Source: Trichinella spiralis
Lineage: Eukaryota
DNA: 64,000 nt
NCBI RefSeq assembly: GCF_000181795.1
Contig: NW_003526940.1
Span: 3,137,293 to 3,201,292 of the forward strand
Direction of reading: 5' to 3'
Part shown: positions 25,650-36,829 of the stretch, piece by piece
Numbering within the stretch: the first letter of the stretch is position 1
How the letters are laid out: each line of letters starts with the position of its first letter
Notes under the pieces: model-generated
Told to the model about the DNA's origin: nothing
What the model saw: only the letters and a program-made list of their open reading frames with translations
The model's database searches: none
Program-made: the position numbers and the translations under genes

Positions 25650-25681
25650 CTTTGTTTTGCCTATTTTGTTCATAATCCAAC

Positions 25682-25697
25682 GGTCCTTTTCAGGACC
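25682..25697 (+). terminator. Histone H3 3' stem-loop
   Basis: ATCCAAC-GGTCCT-TTTC-AGGACC-AC. Confidence 0.95.
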
Positions 25698-25909
25698 ACT
25701 TCAATCTGTTTTCATCAGCTACATTCCATTGATTAAGCATCATTTTTCTGAGAAATTAAATATTTAAATGAATTCAAATTCTAAGGTTGTTCAAAATAAT
25801 GATGATCATTTCTACAAACTTTCCATAAAAATATTGTTTTTGAAACAATTTCTGTTATTGTCATTTTATTGTACCACATTAAACCAATACAGAATGAGGG
25901 TAAAACCTG

Positions 25910-26275
25910 TGCTGAGAATAATCAGGTTGATGATTTTCAAGTTCAATACAACTGCGCGCAAGACAGTTGAGTATAACAAACTGAGTCGCTGGCCCTTCTC
26001 AGGCTTAAAAAATTTGCTTAAATTGAGCTGTAATTTGAAAACAAGAAAACACACAGAAGCTGAGATTTATTCAGGCATGACCAATACAAATCAAAAGCAC
26101 AGACAGTCAGACACAATCAAAGCAATCATTCATTCACACGCCACCAACAACACGATCACATTGCTCAGTCATGTTCACGCGTAAAAACGTGACTCTGACG
26201 TCACAACTAACCAAACAACCTCAAGTTACGGTAGCGGATTCAGATTATCAGGCTTGAGCGAAAGAGGTTTTAACA
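25910..26275 (-). mobile_element. Solo LTR related to the BEL/Pao LTR at 39586
   Basis: TG...CA, 5-bp TSD ACCTG (25905-25909 / 26276-26280); shares GTTCAAT.CAACTG, TCTCAGGCTTA and GTTACGGTAGC.GATT...TCAGGCT...GTTTT.AACA blocks with the BEL LTR. Confidence 0.8.
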
Positions 26276-26608
26276 ACCTGTATCTGCCTACGTGTTTACA
26301 ATAAATTTCATTGGTTGTCAGTCTGATGCGTTCTATTTGTTAATTTTTCATTTTCTATCAGTGATCAGCTTTCAGATTCAATTCAAAGCATTAATACTTT
26401 CAATTCAATATTAATTATTATATATTAAAAAATTGTAAGGTTTTTAAAATTAGAAATCTAATTAAATTTTACTGCAGTTGAGTAAAATAATAAATTTATA
26501 TGCAAATAGAAGGAATAAAACAATTAACTACCAGAAATTGGCAGATTCTATGTGACACAAGCAAATGTTCTGGTTAATGCTTTGCTGTCTAATATCTCAA
26601 CATACAAA

Positions 26609-26999
26609 TGTTACTGACTTTTCTGTTGTCGGCAGCTCGACGCTCAGGTTAATAATGGACTGTATTTGATTCGGCGGGAATTCGATTCTCCCAGCGAAGT
26701 AATAAACTTATTACGTCTGTCTACACGAACTCTCAATTAGTTCGTTCTAGTAGCTTAGATAAGCTTCGCTCAACTAGTTCACAGAGAACTATTCGTCGAA
26801 CGCGTCAATTCAATACAAGGGTTAAAGTGAATCCTTTACTCTTGTAGTCACAAATACAATACAAAAAGCGACACGCTTGTCTCAAAAATGGCAAATCTAG
26901 TACTACTCGATCACACGTTGTTGCCACGATTACAACGACAATACAATTACAGTACACTTTCGATAGTCAAGTATCAATCATTTCATACTGTCTGTAACA
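26609..26999. mobile_element. Probable solo LTR (391 bp)
   Basis: TGTTAC...GTAACA termini, flanks ACAAA/ACAAC (4 of 5 match). Confidence 0.55.
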
Positions 27000-27791
27000 A
27001 CAACTTTAACTCTATGCAAAATTCTAACTTCACAAAATTGCAATGGCATTTAAAACCAGATAGGCAGCTATCACGTTCCTTAACAGTATTTTTGATTAAT
27101 ACAAAAGAAAAATGTCATTTTGCGCAAATTTTTTGTAAACTAATAATTTCATTATTGAAAATTAAATTTCATCAAATAAGTTAATTATGAGCTGTTTAAA
27201 ATTCTTTGAAAGTCATCATTCATTGTTCAGGTATGTTGAGCTTTTGGTCAGTTCGATCTGTATTATCACGTAAATCAAGACAACAGACTTAAGATCAAGT
27301 AGCAGAAACACAAGAGCTAGAGAGAGGATTCAAAGAAGCACTACAAAGAAATTAACGGAAATAAGTTTTACTATCACGCAAGGTACTTTGACAAACACAC
27401 ACACGTACACTTACCTATTTGTATATATATATATACACTCAGTAATACAGTATAATGAATTTCAGGTTTCAACATGAATTCTTCATTTCATCAACAAGCA
27501 ATCAACAAGAACAACATATAGTAGGTAACTTAAACGCAAACAAATATCACAACTAGGAATACAGCATTAAGCAATGAGCAAGACGCTCAGCAATAACGAC
27601 AACTCCGTGAGGAAGTGTCTGCCCATTGTTTTCAACGTTCCAATTATATTCTACTTCCAAATCAACAAAACTGAGAACTTCACGAAAGCCATTCACTCTT
27701 TTGCTGATTATGGAAGACATTAATCTGGTTGTTGCTTACTCCCCATTCACGTTTCTATTAAACTTCCTGATAAATTAACGTACCACCATTT

Positions 27792-28347
27792 TGTTAAACT
27801 AATCGTCAAAACTACATGGAGATGTACCAATGTCTTTTAAGATCACCATACTGCTGGTACCTACTTGGTATTGCATACAAAAACTGAGTCATTGCTAATT
27901 GTGAACACTTTGGATAGAATTTCAGAACAGGATTGTACATTCTGCCATTTTGTAAATGGTCAATCTCGATAGCTGCTGTTATTATGAAAATCGTTGGTAT
28001 AGATTTCACGTGTTTTCTTTATTGAATTTTAAACCAATCAATTTTTTTCACTTCTGCTATTAATCACCAACTTCTACCAGGTCAAAAATGCACGGCTATT
28101 GAAAATTTGATGATCATGTCAAACATATCAAACACATAATAGAGCTGCTATGTAATACTTTGGTACTAGGATCGATTTCCCCAAACGATCTCCGTCTACT
28201 TTTTCTAAGCTAAATTTCATTGGTTGTCAGTCTTATCAGATTAGGTTGCCTAGAGAATGGACTGCTTGACTCTCACTTTCCAAAGCTAACAGGACACGTC
28301 AGTGACAATCACTATGCAAATTCATAAGCAAACACAGTGTTTCAATT
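27792..28347. repeat. ~555 bp direct repeat, copy 1 (copy 2 at 30436-30993)
   Basis: ATCGTCAAAACTACATGGAGATGTACCAATGTC ... CACTATGCAAATTCATAAGCAAACAC present at both sites with moderate divergence. Confidence 0.85.
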
Positions 28348-28351
28348 TGAC

Positions 28352-30430
28352 TGTGACGGCCACTGTGAAATTGTACCTGCATATCACGCCCACATTTTTG
28401 TAGGACATCGACAGTAGGGGACGCCTGATCGAAAGCCGGTGATCGTGAGCGGTGCGGCTGTTATTCCGTCATTCTTATTTTGTCATTGTTGTTTTCGCTG
28501 TTCTGTGCTTTGTCTAATAAACTCTTAACCACTCGCGATGGTGTGAAATCACGTAGCATCGACGAACTCTACAAATGGCGAGCGCGGCAGGATCGATGGG
28601 ACGGAATGGATTAGCCCGTCAGAGATACTTACCATGTCATTGAACGTGGAGACCTGGTTCGAAAACTTGGAAAAGTACTTCTGTGCCTCCCGTATAGCCC
28701 CGGAGAGACGAGCTTCCCTTTTTCAGTATCATACTGATGAGGAGGTGCCGGGCGTAATGAGGGCTATGCACGTCCAGGTAACGGACGATTACGATGGACT
28801 GAAATCAGCCCTGTTGGAAGCCTTCGGTGTGCGCACCGGTTAAGAGAGGTTCTCCGCTGAGTTTTTCCGGCGTTAACAGCAACGGGGTGAAAGCGTGCGG
28901 ATTTATGCTGGTCACTCACGCTGGCTGTTCACGAAGGCGTTTACCGGACTGAGTGGTACGCCGCCAAGACCCTGCTGCAACAATTTAAAGCGGGACGTAT
29001 AGTTTAACGGATGCGATCAAAGTTACAGCCCGGGAAGAGCGCATTTGGACAGGGCTCACCGTGCTCAAGGAGAGCGTCTCTTCAGTCAAAGCAGACGCTG
29101 ACCAGGAAGACCTGCAGCCAGCGGTCGACGTCACAGAGGCAATAGCTGCCCCGGTAACGACGCGAAAGGAAGTTGGAGAAGAACTGGCGGAAGTGGCGCG
29201 GCAGTTGAAGCAGCTGCTGATGACGGACATAACTGCGGCTGCAAAGAGAGCGACTCCCCAGCAGCGACGCAGGCAGGAGAAGAAAGACCGGAGAACGTGT
29301 TGGACATGCGGAAGAACGGGCCACATTTGTAGGGTCTGCCAAGCTTCCCCCCTCCCTGACGACCGAACGTCCAGGGGAAGCAGTACTGCCTGAACCTTTA
29401 ACGCCGTTGACACACGATGCCCTGAGATTGAAATACTGACTGTGGAAGGCTCTGTGGGAGATGTGCGATACAGCGTGCTCATGGACACTGGGTCCGCGGT
29501 AACCCTAGCGGACGGAAAATTTATGCGGGACTCGGAGACCCTGTGGGACGTCATTCGCACCGGAGACGCCAAGCCAGGGCGGTGCTCCCCAACGCGGATC
29601 GCCCACTACCAGCGAACGCAGGTGGAATCTCTCCTGCTCGAAATGTTGAGGCGAGACGTTGTGGAGCCGTCGAGCAGCCCCTGGGCGTGGCCAATTTGTT
29701 GGTCGAGAGGTACATCGCGGTCAAGGTCGCTCATTTGAAGCGTCAGTGGTGATGGAGATGTGCCTCTTGTTCTGCATCAGGAAGACACGATTCTCTGCAT
29801 ACCACCCGCAAGGGAATGGACAAGCGGAGAGGTTCATGTGAACGCTCCTCGACATGCTGTCCATCATGTTCGATGGGAACCCGCACCAGTGGGACGACAT
29901 GCAGCCGTTTGTCATGCTGGCGTACAACAGCAACGTTCACGAGAGCACGGGGATGACGCATGCTATCGCCATGTATGGCGGAGAGCTGCGGCTACCGTTG
30001 GACGTGCACATTGGGAACCCGCAGGAGCAAGAAACCCAAAGGATGCCGGAATACATGCGGAAAACCTGAGAGCGCATCGACCGTGTGCACGAGCTCCTGA
30101 AGGACCACCTGTAAACGCAGCAGCGTCGACAGAAGTGCCTGTACGACCGCTATGCAAATGAGACGCATTTCCGCCAGAACGACTTTGTGTGGTTTGCCTT
30201 GCCAAGAAGACGGAAGCTCGACCTCGGCTGGGAAGAGCCCTACATGATAATGTACGTAATGGGGTCACAAACATTCCGGGTGCGTCACCAGGAGCAAAAG
30301 TGCCGCTCACTGGTGGAACACTCTGACCGGATGAAGCGGTACTACACCAGAGAGTTCGCTGGAGAGCGGTCTTTCCGAGGCGGCACCACCAGGCAGCAGG
30401 AACATCACCCGTTTGCGGCGGAACGTACGT
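28352..30430 (+). mobile_element. Deleted Ty3/Gypsy LTR retrotransposon (5' LTR, PBS, gag, protease, integrase remnants)
   Basis: LTR TGT...ACA 28352-28573 with AATAAA; PBS TGGCGAGCGCGGCAGGA at 28576; gag CCHC knuckle CWTCGRTGHICRVC; protease LMDTGSAVT; VVEPSSSPWA; integrase SAYHPQGNGQAERF, LAYNSNVHESTG; RT/RNase H and 3' LTR missing. Confidence 0.9.
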
Positions 30431-32432
30431 CATATTGTTCAACTAAATCGTCAAAACTACATGGAGATGTACCAATGTCGTTTAAGATCACCAGACCGCT
30501 GGTACCTACTTGGTATTGCATGCCAAAACTCAGTGAGTGCTAACTGTGAACAGCATTCTGGATAGAATTCCAGAATAGGATTCTGTTCTACCATTTTGTA
30601 AATGTTCCATCTCGATAGCTGCTTTTATTATGAAAATCATTGGTATAGATTTCACGTGTTTTCTTTATTGAATTTTAAGCCTGCCAATTTTTTTCACTTC
30701 TGCTATTAATCACCAACTTCTACCAGGTCAAAAATGCACGGCTATTGAAAATTTGATGATCATGTCAAACATATCAAACACATAATAGAGCTGCTATGTA
30801 ATACTTTGGTACTAGGATCGATTTCCTCCAACGAACTGCGCCTACTTTTTCTAATCTAAATTTCATTGGTTGTCAGTCTGATCCGATTAGGTTGCCTTGA
30901 GAATGGACTGCTTAACTATAAATTGCCGAAGCTAACAGGACACGTCGCTGACAGTCACTATGCAAATTCATAAGCAAACACCATGTTTCAATTCAATGAA
31001 ATTTAGTTGCGTGCATCAGAGCAGCAACCAATGACATTTGCTGCGAAAAGTAGGCAGAGTTCATTGGGGGAAATCAGGTCTATCCTAATATTTTGCCTCA
31101 TGGTGGAACAAAATAAATTCCTGAATTTTTCAAATCTGACAATTTTATTGAAATTCAACTTCAATTTTACAAGTCTGTAGTATATCATTATGTTGATGCA
31201 TTTAGCATCGTGCCAATTGCTGTTATTATAATAATCTTTGATTTAGATTTCACATCTTTCCTTGATTAACTTCTAAATTAGTCAATTACAAATAAACTAT
31301 GTATATACTTTTGAACATGAACATTTTGCGTTCTTGTTCAACCATTGTTGAAAGTCAAAATTTTTTCCTCTGGCTATTTTAAATATTAAAATTGCAAATT
31401 TGGTCACTTTGTTATCGTCAATTCTAATCAATTTCTTGTTTTTGAACATCTGCCTCAGCACTGACGTTGGCGTTATTTGTGAATAAATTAAAGTTGTTGA
31501 CGCTACATTTAGGATTTTCCAGACAAATTCTGAATTTTACCCAGAAGTGTTGCTAAGCTTTAGTGCGTGAAGCAATTGCTGGAAACCTGAATCACATCTG
31601 AACAACTTGCAAAACGCAAATGCGACAGTTGTAAATTTGCTTAGCTTATCACTTCCGGAAGTATGATTTTATTCTAAAATTTATTCTTTCACTGATCACT
31701 AAGCTGTTCTTGTACTTTGTGCATTATAACATTCTAATAAAATTGATTGCTTATCGCAAGAACCCTTTGAGGCATAACGTCACATATTTAATAATCTGTT
31801 TTCAATTATTCCTATGAAATTATTATCGACTTCAAGATAATAGTAATATTTAACAACACACAATTATATATGAAAAAATGAAATAATAGCATAAGCAATA
31901 ATAGATCATCAGGTTGATAAAAACTAGTTTGTATTGTAGACAGTATTTGTTCATCATATACATCGCAATGAATTCTTTACTTTATAGAATTTGAATGATT
32001 GTTCTCATGACATTTCAAAAAAAGACGACAGTTTCTGGCAAAGCAAGTCGAAGAAATAAGATATACAACTGAGAACTGTGGGATCAGAAGAATATTAAAG
32101 ATATAAAGTGACGGGGTCAGACAAACCAAAATACCGGTAGCGGAAAATTTTTTCTAAAATCAAAATATCATATATCAATACATATACTCTTATTATATAT
32201 TTTTATAGAGGTATGTGTATTTTATTCATATTTTGAAGTAAGCAGTTGCTAGCCAATGATTCCAAATGCTGTAGAACAACACGGAAGTTGCACGTTTTTA
32301 TTGTAAATTACAAATTTTTTCATAAAACCATAAGCATAAGCTAAGAAAGCGTGTCAAACGACTTCTATAATTCGAGTATGTTAATGAGATTTAAAATAAT
32401 GATAATAGTAATGAATAAATTGTTGCATTTAG

Positions 32433-34490
32433 TATGCTTCGACAGACGCTCTTACTCGAATTTTAAATTGTGTTGAAATGGTCAAGAAATCAAATTTCAA
32501 TAGTGATCCATTCTTGAAAAATTTTGGTTTTGCAATTAAAGGCGAACCAATGATTTTTAGTGGATGAGTTTTGCCTGCGCCTAAGTTGGAATATGGTGAA
32601 GGAAATGGAGGACGTGTAAATAATAATTGTTGAAATCACTACTTTTGGAAAAATATTTGTTTCACAATTGGTTTTACATTTCTAGCAAATTATTCTTACA
32701 CCAAAAGATGGAGCATGGAATTCGAATGAATTTAAATTTTTTGGATCTGCTCATTGTGAATCATTCGCATTTGTATCGTTTCTACCACCAAATAAAGTAT
32801 CAATGTTACAGTGAGTATTGAAAAATGTGTAAATAAGTCAAATCAGCTTTGTTGTTTGCATGCCTCATTTTTAGGGAATTTTGTCTGCAAATTGTCAAAA
32901 CATGTCGTAGTACAGGAATTCAAATGCCAGACAATCCAAAAAGCTTTGAACAAGCGGGAAGAAATGATAGTGTAGAAATGATATTCAAACGTATTGCAGG
33001 CAAATGTGACAGAGATGGCATGAAATGTGATTTGGTGTTTGTTGCGTTGTTTTCATCCGAACAATACGGTAATAATTATTTTGTTGTTTTATGATGAAAT
33101 TTATATTATTAATGTTGAACGTATTTTTACCATTTTAAGGTCAAGTGAAATCTTGTGGCAATATCACTTTTGGATTGGTCACTCAGTGTTTATTACCGAA
33201 AACAATAAGTGATGTAGCTATAAAGAAGAGTTATTCGACGATGTTAAATATTGCGATGAAAATAAGTATGAAAATTGGTGGCATCAATGCAAAATTACTG
33301 AAAGATGAAGTGTAAGATATTGAATTCAAGAATGCGTTTGAAAAAGTTTAAAATGAAAGATTTTTCTTTAGTTTAAATAATTATTTGTATAAAAATAATA
33401 CATTGGTAATTGGTGTGGATGTGGTTCATCCATCTGCTGTAGAGACGTATTTACCATCAGTTGCTGCGGTGCGTATTCATTGCTTTGTTATTCAAAATTA
33501 TTCGAGAAATATTTTTGATTTCAAGGTTGTTGGAAACGGGGATGTAACTGTTACAAAATTTAAAGCATCGGTGAAAATCCAATCAGCTAGGCAAGAATTG
33601 ATCACTGATTTTGTTGATCAGTTTTCTGAACGAATAATGGAATACTCTGATGTTAATGGTTCAGCACTGAAAAACATTATTGTTTTTCGAGATGGAATAT
33701 CGAAAGGTCAATTCAAGCAGGTGAAATTGTGTTCTATCATTAATTAAAGCAAAGTAAGAATTCATTTTTTAAACAGGTTTTGGAAGAAGAATTGCTTGCT
33801 CTTCGTCGGGTGTGCAAAAAATTTGCATCAAATTACCGGCCGTTAATAACGTTTATTGTGGTTCAAAAGCGACATCATGCTCGATTTGTTTGTTATGATA
33901 AAGCTGCAGCACGAGGACGGGGGAAAAACATCCCTGCTGGTACTGTTATCGATAGAGTAGTGACATCTCTTGATGAATATGATTTCTTTTTGTGCAGTCA
34001 TCATGGAATTCAAGTATGACTTTGTGAAATGTTTTGAATATTTATTATTATTTTCATTTCAATTGCAGGGAACTAGTACACCGACGCGATATTATGTTCT
34101 GTTTGATGAAAGCAACATGGATGTGAATGCAATGCAGTTGATCGCATACTATTTATGCCATATATATGGTAGATGTGCTCGTTCTGTCAGTATACCAGCA
34201 CCGGTACATTTTGCACATTTAGTTTGCGCCTGTGCTCATTATCATTTTCTTGCTGCATTGTAAGTTTGATTAAATAACATATTCAAAAATGAATGAATTA
34301 TTGAATTTTATTTTTTAGCAATTCTGTTCAAGTGAAAAGGTTATCTGATGAAAACAGTAACAGTAGTAGTAGTAGTAGTAGTTGTAGTAGTAGTAGTAGT
34401 TCCAGCAGTAATTCTAAATCTGTGAAAACAAAATTGACTAACATAATTGCACTGCACAGCAGAGTTGAAAAAATCATGTACTACGCATAA
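32433..34490 (+). pseudogene. Argonaute (AGO clade), L2-MID-PIWI exons with a nonsense codon
   Basis: NFNSDPFLKNFGFAI...SG*VLPAPKLEYG (TGA 32565-32567), QY/GQVK..LVTQC, DVVH/RQE/RDG/AHL tetrad, IMYYA*; 33148-35554 duplicates 18421-20799. Confidence 0.92.
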
Positions 34491-36399
34491 CGTGCAGCGA
34501 CGACCGATGCTTAATATATTCTAGTGCTTAGTTATTTAGTGCTTATTTAAAAACAGTAAATACATTTGTGTATGTGTTTACCTCTAGATCATAGCTTTTC
34601 ATTCTGCATATTGTTGTGGTAAAAAATAACAAACAATATACATGATGTGATGAAGAAGGTTCAATATATATGCTATATATTTATGATATTTTATAAATTC
34701 ATTATACTATTCATAGTGAATTTATAATATTGGGGTGAAGATGTTCGTTTGCATGAAAAACCAAATGAGAACGAAACCAAATATTAATATATACATAAGT
34801 AAGTGAAGAGTTGTTGGCAAAGATTGAATGTGAAATATTTTGAAACTGGATTCGAAATTTTCTTTCATGTTTCTGGCATTTAAATTACCTCGCCATAGAT
34901 GTGCACATTTAGGGCTTCAGTAGGGCTCTTTGAATTGTTTCTGGCTTCCATTTTACATAAACCGCCAATTACACTTCAAAAGAGCAATGTTTATTAAGAA
35001 TAATGTCTATTCAAAAGTTCTATTTCTGAAACCACTTGCATCTTCATTTTACCTCAATGATAGACTGACTTACAATTTCCAACATGTGCACATTTGGTGA
35101 AACATTACTTCCTCTTTCGATCAACACACTGATCGGCTAAGTAAAGCGTAATTTTTTTTTTGAGGCTGGTCTCTCTTTAATCGTTGTTAACTTGAAACTG
35201 CCGCCCGACTATTTCCGATTGTAATAAACACTGATGTTAAAGCAGCAAAAATTTGCAAACTATCATCTATCTCTCAGCTTTCAATACCAGCATTCATAAG
35301 TAAGAACATGATGTGACACAGAGATACCAAAGCGGCTGATTTTTATTGGCAGCTTGTTTGCAAAACAACCAGTAGTCAAATGTCCAGTCTCTGATGCTTT
35401 ACTGCAATTTCGCCCGCTAAACTTTGACCTCATTTTTCTGATTGGTTGTTCGCCGATGGCAGTAATTGGCAGTTCAATTAACCTACTTTATTAATTTATT
35501 AGATTTTGAAGTAGAATTATTGATCAGAATTGCATAATCAATGAAATGGCATAAATAAGGTTTAGTCTGAACTCATCCGCAATAATTCGACCCATTTTTG
35601 TGATTGGCTGGTTGCTGATTGGTTGTCGTTGTGTTGTGCGTTAAATGGCTAATGACTTCTGCTATTTTATTAGCTAACTATTTTGATAAGTGATTGGGTG
35701 AATAACTGTGCTATTTGATTAGCTATTCAGCTGTGATCTAGGATTGGGTGATTGTTGTTTATCAAGTCATGACCAAATATGGGTGCATCACCATTAAAAT
35801 ACTTTATATGGACATAAAAAAGCATTTACTATTTTTTAAAGAGAAAGCATTTAGCTATAACCTGGAAATGTGTATATTTGTTTTTAGACTTTGCAAACGA
35901 TGCTTTTAAATAGCTTTTGCGTTTTACATTTACTGTTACTGATTTACATTCTTGTATGTTTGCTTTTGCACAACTATGCTGATCAACAGACTGTTTTCGC
36001 AGAAACTTTTCTGCTATTCGTTATAAGCGCTTCAGAACTTAGCAAATGTATAGTACAGAAATTTCCATTTTACAACAACAAGAAAATCTGAACTTTATTA
36101 CAATATATACCATGGGCAAGATGGGCAATACAACTTTAACGTGGAATAAGTCCATTTCTAAATTTGTAGACACTGTTCCACGGCAACCAACTTATCGTTA
36201 TGTTGAAAAAATGGAGGTTCGGTCCCACTTGGGCACAATTTTGTTCCCATTCGGTCCCACTTTTCATTTATTGGTCGTTGTCCTCGCTATTTTATTAGTC
36301 CGTAATGTCTTTGTAGTAGTTGGTTTTCCTTGTCTAATCAGTCGATGGTTGAAATCCATCCACTGTGATTATCAGTAATATTTTTTAATTTCAAATAAT

Positions 36400-36755
36400 C
36401 AAATATTCCAAGAAGGATTTTTCATTTTAAATAATATCGAAGGCACTTAAGAAATGAAAATATTTCATATTCTAAAACAGTAATGTCGCATTGAAGCCAC
36501 GTCATTTCAGAAAATTTTCATCGCAATTACAACATCGTGGAGTAGTTTATCCTTATAGATTCTCCGTATATTGGAAAATATAATAAACCATGAGTGTCCA
36601 ATCCAAAAGTGAAAGGCCACAAGATTGAATGCGATAGAAAATGGTAAAAAAAAACATTACAAAAATAATATAAATTTCATCATAAAACAACAAAATAATT
36701 ATCACCGTATTGTTCGGATGACAACAACCCACCAAACACTGAATCACATTTCAAA
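36400..36755 (-). pseudogene. Degraded or noisy Argonaute MID-region fragment
   Basis: Reverse complement of ~33025-33370 including the intron (CATCCGAACAATACGGT.ATAATTATTTTGTTGTTTTATGATGAAATTTATATTATT); next to a contig end. Confidence 0.65.
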
Positions 36756-36829
36756 GATGAAACTCACAAAAGGAACAATATAAGAATCCACCACAGGNNN
36801 NNNNNNNGAATGAATGCATCGATCATGCT

